Source of the DNA: an uncultured bacterium
Lineage (GTDB): Bacteria > SAR324 > NAC60-12
Length of the DNA stretch: 12,353 bases
Direction: 5' to 3'
Assembly (NCBI GenBank): GCA_965662235.1
Contig: CBFIGY010000052.1
Coordinates: 1 to 12,353 of the forward strand
The notes below the pieces were generated by a model that was given only the letters and a program-made list of their open reading frames with translations, was not told the origin of the DNA and did no database searches. The stretch's first letter is position 1, and the number at the start of each line of letters is the position of its first letter. A program made the translations under genes and the position numbers. Positions 6,836-12,353 of this stretch are shown here, one piece after another.

Positions 6836-7943
6836 CGAACCTCCTGGGGTGAAAGGCGTCAAAGCCGGGTTGCGTCCGGCCTTCCAGAATCCACTCCGGA
6901 AGGTGGCTCGAGTGCAGCGACGCTAGGCTGACGCCACTGTGACTGGTCACCGCGTAGGCGCCCGGGCAGGCCTCTGACTCCACATAAACGGGTTTTTGGT
7001 CTGGGGTGAGCACGCGCAGGGCGCCCCAGCTCCGGATGAGCTGCAGCTGTTTGAGGATGGGGAAGACCTCAATGGCATGGGTGGCAATCTCCTGCATCAC
7101 CTCGTTGGTGGTCGCCAGGTCATAGCCAACATCTTCATGAGAGGCCCCCAGCATGAAGCTCCCATCGGCGTTCTGTCGGATGCGTCCTGTGGCAAAGGGG
7201 AAGATCGGCTCCGTCCGCTCCGTCACCAGCACCTGCCCACGCTGCGGAGCCACCGGAACCTGCATCCCCACCCAGCTGGAAAGCTTGGTGGTCGCCAGTC
7301 CGGAAGCCAGCACCAGCTTCGGGGTCACGTAACGGTGGGTCTCGGTTTGGAGGTCAAACTGCCCCGAGTCGTAGGTGATGGACTGCACGGTGTGTCCCGG
7401 ATGAAACGCTCCCCCGTGGTCATGGAAGCCCTCGTGGAGCGCCTTGAGCAGGTGGAGGGGGTTCACAATGCCATCGTACGCACAGAAGGAGCCTCCGGAC
7501 ACCTTGGGGCCCAGCTCAATCCGGGGCATCTGCTGCTGCATCTCCTCCCGGGTCATCATCTCGCAGGGATACGTTCCCGTTGGGGACTGCTCCCGCATCT
7601 TCTCCAGAAAGGCCTCTCGTCGCTGAAACTCTGCTTCGCCCAGGCACATCTCAAAGCCTCCCATCTGGTGGTAGCTCAGGGAAATGCCCGTTTCGCTTTC
7701 CAGCAGCGCCGAAAACGCGGGCCAGCGTTCTGCGGCCTCAATGCTCCACTGCGCATAGCGGGGCATGCCAAACCCCTTGCTCTGGACCCACACGAGTCCG
7801 AAATTTCCCCGAGAGGCGGTCAGACGGAAGTCCTCTCGGTCCAGAATGATGACGCGGGCCTGGCGCTTGGCGAGGCCATAGCCCAGAGACGCCCCAATGA
7901 CGCCTCCTCCAATGACGACGACGTCTGCTTGTTCCGGGTTCAT
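6816..7943 (-). CDS. FAD-dependent D-amino-acid-oxidase family protein; opine dehydrogenase beta subunit-like (OoxB/OdhB/HcnC family)
   Basis: VVIGGGVIG, ASRGNFGLVWVQSKG, DGIVNPLHLL, PQRGQVLVTE, RSWGALRVLTPD, HSGVSLA and a C-terminal F-x-PRRF. Confidence 0.9.
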   Translation of the reverse strand: MNPEQADVVVIGGGVIGASLGYGLAKRQARVIILDREDFRLTASRGNFGLVWVQSKGFGMPRYAQWSIEAAERWPAFSALLESETGISLSYHQMGGFEMCLGEAEFQRREAFLEKMREQSPTGTYPCEMMTREEMQQQMPRIELGPKVSGGSFCAYDGIVNPLHLLKALHEGFHDHGGAFHPGHTVQSITYDSGQFDLQTETHRYVTPKLVLASGLATTKLSSWVGMQVPVAPQRGQVLVTERTEPIFPFATGRIRQNADGSFMLGASHEDVGYDLATTNEVMQEIATHAIEVFPILKQLQLIRSWGALRVLTPDQKPVYVESEACPGAYAVTSHSGVSLASLHSSHLPEWILEGRTQPGFDAFHPRRFDVPKAA

Positions 7944-7965
7944 GCCTTACGAACAGAAAGTAGGG

Positions 7966-8961
7966 TTAACGCTCAAGAGCCTCCAAGCGGTGACACGCAG
8001 CCTGATGCGGAAGCGCTGCCTCACGAGCCAGAGGAAGGAAGGTCTCGCGGCAGGAGGCATCCGCATACGGGCACCGGGGGGCAAAGCGGCACCCTGGAGG
8101 GGGATCGATGGGGCGGGACAGGTCTCCGGAGATGTTCGGCACCGGCCGACGCGTCCGGGGGTCAGGAACCGGGACCGCGTTGATGAGCGCCCGGGTGTAA
8201 GGATGCTGGGGGTTCCGGATGACCTCATGGGACGGACCAATCTCCATCGCTTGCCCCAGGTACATGATCATCAGCCGGTCAGCAATGTGCCCGAGGATGG
8301 AGAGGTCGTGCGAAACGTAGATGCAGGAAAAGTGACGCTGCCGGGCCAGGTCCTTGAGCAGGTCCAAAATGCCCGCCCGGATGGACACATCCAGCATGGA
8401 AAGCGGCTCATCCGCCACCACCATGCGAGGCTCCATCACCAGCGCGCTGGCAATCCCCACCCGCTGCCGTTCGCCTCCGCTGAGTTCATGCGGGTACCGC
8501 TCGGCGTACTTGCCCGGAGGCAGGCCAACGCTCTGGAGCATCTCTTCCGAACGACGCACAATCTCTGGCTCCGGCCACAGCTTCAGGGCGCGTGGTCCTT
8601 CGGCCACCGTGTCCAGCACCCGGAACCGCGGGTTCAGCGATTCATACGGATCCTGAAAGATCATCTGCACCTGGCTGCGGTACCACTGACGGTCCGCAGG
8701 CCCAAAGCCACTCAGAGGCCGGCCATCGTAGAGGATCTCACCAGACGACGGAGACAGCAGCCCGGCGATCATCATGCAGGTGGTGGACTTCCCACACCCG
8801 GACTCGCCGGCAATGCCCAGCACCTCATCTTCTGCCAGGGTGAAGTTGACGGCTTCCACCGCCTTGATCTTGCGGTCCGGCTGCCCCTGAAGCAAACGCC
8901 CCACCAGACCGGCCTTGACGTCAAAGTGTCGGGAAACGTCTTTCAGTTCAAGGAGCGCCAC
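7966..8961 (-). CDS. Peptide/opine/nickel ABC transporter ATP-binding protein (OppF/DppF-like)
   Basis: GESGCGKS, QMIFQDPYESLNP, LSGGERQR, VVADEP, VSHD and a Cys-rich C-terminal oligopeptide domain. Start placed at GTG 8961 (MALLELKDV). Confidence 0.93.
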   Translation of the reverse strand: MALLELKDVSRHFDVKAGLVGRLLQGQPDRKIKAVEAVNFTLAEDEVLGIAGESGCGKSTTCMMIAGLLSPSSGEILYDGRPLSGFGPADRQWYRSQVQMIFQDPYESLNPRFRVLDTVAEGPRALKLWPEPEIVRRSEEMLQSVGLPPGKYAERYPHELSGGERQRVGIASALVMEPRMVVADEPLSMLDVSIRAGILDLLKDLARQRHFSCIYVSHDLSILGHIADRLMIMYLGQAMEIGPSHEVIRNPQHPYTRALINAVPVPDPRTRRPVPNISGDLSRPIDPPPGCRFAPRCPYADASCRETFLPLAREAALPHQAACHRLEALER

Positions 8962-9965
8962 GTTGCTTTCTCGGTTGCCTGTTCTCGTAAAACGGGGGCC
9001 TCGGTGTGCCGGAAGCAACGGACCTCATGATGCTCCGCCAGTGCAGTGACCTCCGGCAACCCATTCCGGCAAGCGTCAATGCGGAAGGGGCAGCGCTCCT
9101 GAAACGGGCAGTGCGGCAGTGCTCCCAGCAGCGTGGGAGGCGAGCCGGGAATGGAGATCAGCTCCTGTCCTAGGTTCCGGATGGAGGGAAAGGCGTTCTT
9201 CAGGCCCAGGGTGTAGGGATGATGCGGAGCCTCAAAGAGGTCCACCGCGGGCGCCTGTTCCATGATCTGCCCCCCGTACATGATCGCAATGCGGTCGCTC
9301 ATTTCCGCAATGACGGCAATGTCGTGGGTGATGAGGATGATGGAGCTCGCAATCTGTTCCCGGATCTCCCGGATGCGACGGAGGATGCGCTCTTGCACCA
9401 GCACGTCCAGCCCCGTGGTCGGTTCATCCATGATGATTAGCCCCGGATCCAAGGCAAGGGACATGGCGATCATCGCCCGCTGCCGCATGCCTCCGGAAAA
9501 CTCGTGTGGGTAGCTGTGCATCAGGTCCGCCTGCAGGCCAACCACATCAAACAGCTCGGCCACCCGTTCCCGGGCCTCGGCTCGGGACTGACGAGAATGC
9601 GCCTGAATCGCCTCAATGACCTGATCCCCCACCCGGTAGACCGGATTGAGCGAGTTCATGGCGCTCTGTGGCACCAGCGACATCTTGGACCACAGCACCT
9701 GCTCCCGGAAGTCAGCATCTGAGAGGCGCTGCAGGTCCTGCTCCTCATACGCCATTTCCTGAGCCGTCACGGTCGCATTTTCCGCATGCAACCGCATCAG
9801 GGCCCGGATGAGCGTTGACTTTCCGCAGCCAGACTCACCAGCAATGCCGAAGACCTCATTTTCAAACACATCAAAGGAGACGTTACTGACCGCATGCACG
9901 GCGCCTGCTTGCGTCTGGTAACGGACGCTCAGGTCCCGAACGCCCAAAACACGCTTCCGGCTCAT
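8943..9965 (-). CDS. Peptide/opine/nickel ABC transporter ATP-binding protein (OppD/DppD-like)
   Basis: GESGCGKS, PQSAMNSLNP, FSGGMRQR, IIMDEPTTGLD, ITHD, HPYT and CPFQERCP. ATGA overlap with the upstream permease at 9962-9965. Confidence 0.93.
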   Translation of the reverse strand: MSRKRVLGVRDLSVRYQTQAGAVHAVSNVSFDVFENEVFGIAGESGCGKSTLIRALMRLHAENATVTAQEMAYEEQDLQRLSDADFREQVLWSKMSLVPQSAMNSLNPVYRVGDQVIEAIQAHSRQSRAEARERVAELFDVVGLQADLMHSYPHEFSGGMRQRAMIAMSLALDPGLIIMDEPTTGLDVLVQERILRRIREIREQIASSIILITHDIAVIAEMSDRIAIMYGGQIMEQAPAVDLFEAPHHPYTLGLKNAFPSIRNLGQELISIPGSPPTLLGALPHCPFQERCPFRIDACRNGLPEVTALAEHHEVRCFRHTEAPVLREQATEKATWRSLN

Positions 9966-10858
9966 CGCTTCCTCAGGCGGGGGTTGGCAACCTCTTCATA
10001 GGCCCGGCTCACAAACACCAGTGACGTCACCAGCAAAACGATGCACAGCGACGGTGCCGTGAACCACCACCAGGCCACCCGGGTCTTGCCTGAAAGCCAC
10101 AGCTCATACAGCATGCCGCCCCAGCTGATCGTTTCCCCGTCTCCAAAGCCCAAGAAGCTCGCGCTTGCTTCGGTGATGATCGACCACGCGATGTTGAAGG
10201 CTGCATAGAGCAGCAACAGCGGAAGGACGTTGGGGAGGATGTGCCGGTAGATGATCCGGAAGTCGCTGCAGCCACGAGCCCGCGCCGCCGCAATGAACTG
10301 ACGCTGCTTGATCGAAATCGTCTGGGCCCGAATGACCCGGGCAGAGGTCCGCCAAATGATGAGCACAATGGCCAGGATGACAAACTCCAGCTCTCGGCCG
10401 AACAGCGAAATGAGGACGATGATGAACGGCAGAAACGGCATGCCGTAGAGGATGTCCGTGAAGCGCATCAGGAACTCATCCACCTTGCCCCCGTAGTAGC
10501 CGGCAATCAGTCCCACATTGGCCCCAATGAGGATGGAGATGCCTCCGGAGATCGCTCCGATGAGCAACGTGGTCCGGGTGGCCAGGATCAGCTGCGAAAA
10601 CAGGTCGTACCCGAGGTGGGTGGTGCCGAGGGGAAATTCCCAAGAGGGGGGCTGCAGCGAGGCGAAGTTGCCTTCGCTGTCATAAAGCATCTCCCAGGGG
10701 TCATGAGGAGCAATCCAGGGCGCCAGGATGGCCACCACAACAAAGAGGACAATGAAGATGAATCCGGTGGCGCTGAGGCGGTTGGAGGTGATGATCCGGT
10801 AGTGCTCCAGCAGGCCGCGTCTGAGGTTTTTCCAAGAAGAGTGTTCAGCGGCTGCCAT
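9962..10858 (-). CDS. Peptide/opine/nickel ABC transporter permease (OppC/DppC-like)
   Basis: APWIAPHDP, PLGTTHLGYDLFSQL, multiple hydrophobic helices, EAA loop FIAAARARG…RIIYRHILPN, SFLGFG…SWG. ATG 10858 has a GAGGAG RBS. Confidence 0.93.
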   Translation of the reverse strand: MAAAEHSSWKNLRRGLLEHYRIITSNRLSATGFIFIVLFVVVAILAPWIAPHDPWEMLYDSEGNFASLQPPSWEFPLGTTHLGYDLFSQLILATRTTLLIGAISGGISILIGANVGLIAGYYGGKVDEFLMRFTDILYGMPFLPFIIVLISLFGRELEFVILAIVLIIWRTSARVIRAQTISIKQRQFIAAARARGCSDFRIIYRHILPNVLPLLLLYAAFNIAWSIITEASASFLGFGDGETISWGGMLYELWLSGKTRVAWWWFTAPSLCIVLLVTSLVFVSRAYEEVANPRLRKR

Positions 10859-11975
10859 GATGCTCCTCAACCAGGTACTGCCGAATCTTGGCCTCATCCA
10901 CCTGAACCCCCAGCCCAGGCGCGTCCGGAAGCGTCGCGGTGCCCTGGTCAATCCAGCTGGAGAAGTCGGTGACGTCATCGGCCATCCGGAGGGTCGACAT
11001 GTAGGCGTGTCCGCAGTCCATGAGGCGGTCCAGGACACACCCCAGGTGCAGGGAGGCTGCTTGCGTGATGCCGAGTTCAATCATGCTGTTCATGAGAATG
11101 CGCTTCCCGTGCTGCGCCACAGCGGTGCCGATGGCCAAGCTGTTCTGGAGGCCTCCGTTTTTGGAGATCTTGATGCTGAACACGTCTGCCGCCTCGGCAG
11201 CCAAAATCTGTTCGACGCTGTTCAGGTCCTGGAGGCTTTCATCGACAGAAACCGGAACCACTCCCCCGGAGAGGTGCTGCAGGCCTTCCAAATCTTCGGC
11301 TGCGATGGGTTGCTCCACCAGAAGAACAGGCAGGTTCTGAATGCCGTCCATGAAGGCCTGCGCTTCATCTCGGGTCCACCCCTGGTTGGCATCGGCCATC
11401 ACACGGACTCCGTCCGGAGCCGATGTCACCACCTGGCGGATGCGGGCCAGGTCTTCGGCAATGGGACGGTCGCCCATCTTGAGCATGAAGGTCCGGAAGC
11501 CCTGGGCAGCATAGTCTCGGAGGATGGCCAGGTCGTCCTCAGCGGTGCCGCTTGAGGTTGGCCAAAGGAGGTCGATGCGCTGACGCTTCTGGGACCCGAG
11601 CAGCTGCCACACCGGTCGCTCCGTCAGGCGTCCGAACGCGTCATGAATGGCGACATCTCGGAGGGCGCCCAACGTCCCTGTGTGGGCTCGTCCGTGCTGC
11701 TGCTCCACCCAGGTGGAAAGGTCCACGCCCAGCAGGTCGTCTAGGGCGCCGGCACGGATGGCTTCCATCACTGAGGTGGGGGTGTCGCCGGTGAAGCGTT
11801 TGCCTCCGGGGTCACCTTCTCCCCAGCCGACGGCGCCTCCTGCCGTCTCCACCCGGAGGAGGATCGAATCGCTATGGGTCAGGGTTCCATAGACCTTGGA
11901 CAGGTGGTAAGGCGTACGGAGCGGAATGCGAACGCGGTAGGCCGAGTAGGCGTGCAGGGTCGTGGCGTGGGTCAT
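10845..11975 (-). CDS. Enolase superfamily enzyme, muconate-lactonizing-enzyme subgroup (putative racemase/epimerase)
   Basis: Capping domain GAVGWGE and DVAIHDAFGR…PVWQLLG. Metal ligands D195 (ADANQGW), E221 (VEQP), D245 (VDES). Lys166 (FMLKMG) and Lys269 (IKISKNGG). C-terminal LPDAPGLGV. ATG 11975 has a GGAG RBS. Confidence 0.9.
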   Translation of the reverse strand: MTHATTLHAYSAYRVRIPLRTPYHLSKVYGTLTHSDSILLRVETAGGAVGWGEGDPGGKRFTGDTPTSVMEAIRAGALDDLLGVDLSTWVEQQHGRAHTGTLGALRDVAIHDAFGRLTERPVWQLLGSQKRQRIDLLWPTSSGTAEDDLAILRDYAAQGFRTFMLKMGDRPIAEDLARIRQVVTSAPDGVRVMADANQGWTRDEAQAFMDGIQNLPVLLVEQPIAAEDLEGLQHLSGGVVPVSVDESLQDLNSVEQILAAEAADVFSIKISKNGGLQNSLAIGTAVAQHGKRILMNSMIELGITQAASLHLGCVLDRLMDCGHAYMSTLRMADDVTDFSSWIDQGTATLPDAPGLGVQVDEAKIRQYLVEEHHGSR

Positions 11976-11985
11976 GCGGGCTCCG

Positions 11986-12353
11986 TCAGGCGATGCCTTC
12001 TGCAGACATCTTGATCCTAGGGTCAAGGTAGCTGTAGAGGATGTCGGTGAGGAAGTTGAGGCCGATGACGAGAATCGCCAGCATCAGAAAGGTCCCCTGC
12101 GCCACAGGATAGTCATGGGCTGCCGCAGACTCCACCATCAGCTGTCCCATCCCAGGCCAGGAAAACAGGGATTCCACCACCACCTGTCCCCCGACAGCAA
12201 ATCCGACCATGATCGAGGCTAGGGTGACGACTCCCAGAAGCGCGTTGCGGGCGGCATGCCGGAACATCACCCGGCTGGGCCGGAGACCTTTAGCACGGGC
12301 CAGCTCAATGTAATCGCTCCCGAGCACCTCCAGCATGCTGTCTCGCATCACCA
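11986..12353 (-). CDS. Peptide/opine/nickel ABC transporter permease (OppB/DppB-like), 5'-truncated by the window edge
   Basis: MRDSMLEVLGSDYIELARAKGL…RHAARNAL, GGQVVVESLFSWPGMG, DYPVAQG and DILYSYLDPRI. Confidence 0.93.
   Translation of the reverse strand, partial: VMRDSMLEVLGSDYIELARAKGLRPSRVMFRHAARNALLGVVTLASIMVGFAVGGQVVVESLFSWPGMGQLMVESAAAHDYPVAQGTFLMLAILVIGLNFLTDILYSYLDPRIKMSAEGIA

Noticed and set aside
5137..7943. Hydrogen cyanide synthase hcnABC or sarcosine oxidase
   Set aside because: The order here corresponds to hcnC-A-B rather than A-B-C, and the importer/LysR context is catabolic. There are no sarcosine oxidase delta/gamma subunits or folate-binding domain.
6996..9030. Long plus-strand ORFs 6996-8183 (395 aa) and 7897-9030 (377 aa)
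   Set aside because: Antisense shadows of well-supported minus-strand genes, expected from GC-rich codon bias. No motifs recognised.
10859..11080. N-terminal extension of the OppC-like ORF (similarly 8962-9018, 11976-12026, 6836-6862, 6544-6555)
   Set aside because: These overlap upstream genes, and the downstream starts have better RBSs and family-typical N-termini.
10845..11975. Calling the enzyme muconate cycloisomerase (catB), L-Ala-D/L-Glu epimerase or menC
   Set aside because: It lacks KxK and the strand-8 Glu/DxD signatures, and there are no catechol or menaquinone genes nearby.
2028..12222. Other plus-strand and alternate-frame ORFs (e.g. 3459-4121, 4473-5021, 10241-10972, 10857-11555)
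   Set aside because: They overlap confidently identified genes or the SRP RNA and lack recognisable domains.
1..12353. CRISPR arrays, IS elements, prophage or defence genes
   Set aside because: No regularly spaced repeats, transposase/integrase motifs or phage-like genes were seen.

Overview
GC-rich bacterial window with all complete genes on the minus strand, in two blocks. The right block (4188-12353) is a tightly packed catabolic cluster. In transcription order it holds an Opp/Dpp-type ABC permease B (5'-truncated), an enolase-superfamily (MLE subgroup) enzyme with a non-canonical MxK motif lying between the two permeases, permease C, two ABC ATPases, a three-subunit flavin/Fe-S opine-dehydrogenase-like enzyme (B-C-A order) and an OccR/NocR-like LysR regulator. 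The left block is housekeeping: a sigma70-like promoter, a small SRP RNA (ffs) with the rare URRC (UAGC) tetraloop and a predicted ~80 nt structured 5' extension, dnaX, ybaB/ebfC, a LipM-like octanoyltransferase where recR usually sits, and a hypothetical gene with its own palindrome-rich promoter and leader. The best candidate for an undescribed system is the uptake + epimerase + opine/D-amino-acid dehydrogenase pathway for an unknown amino-acid conjugate. All family assignments come from motif recognition by eye; no searches were run.
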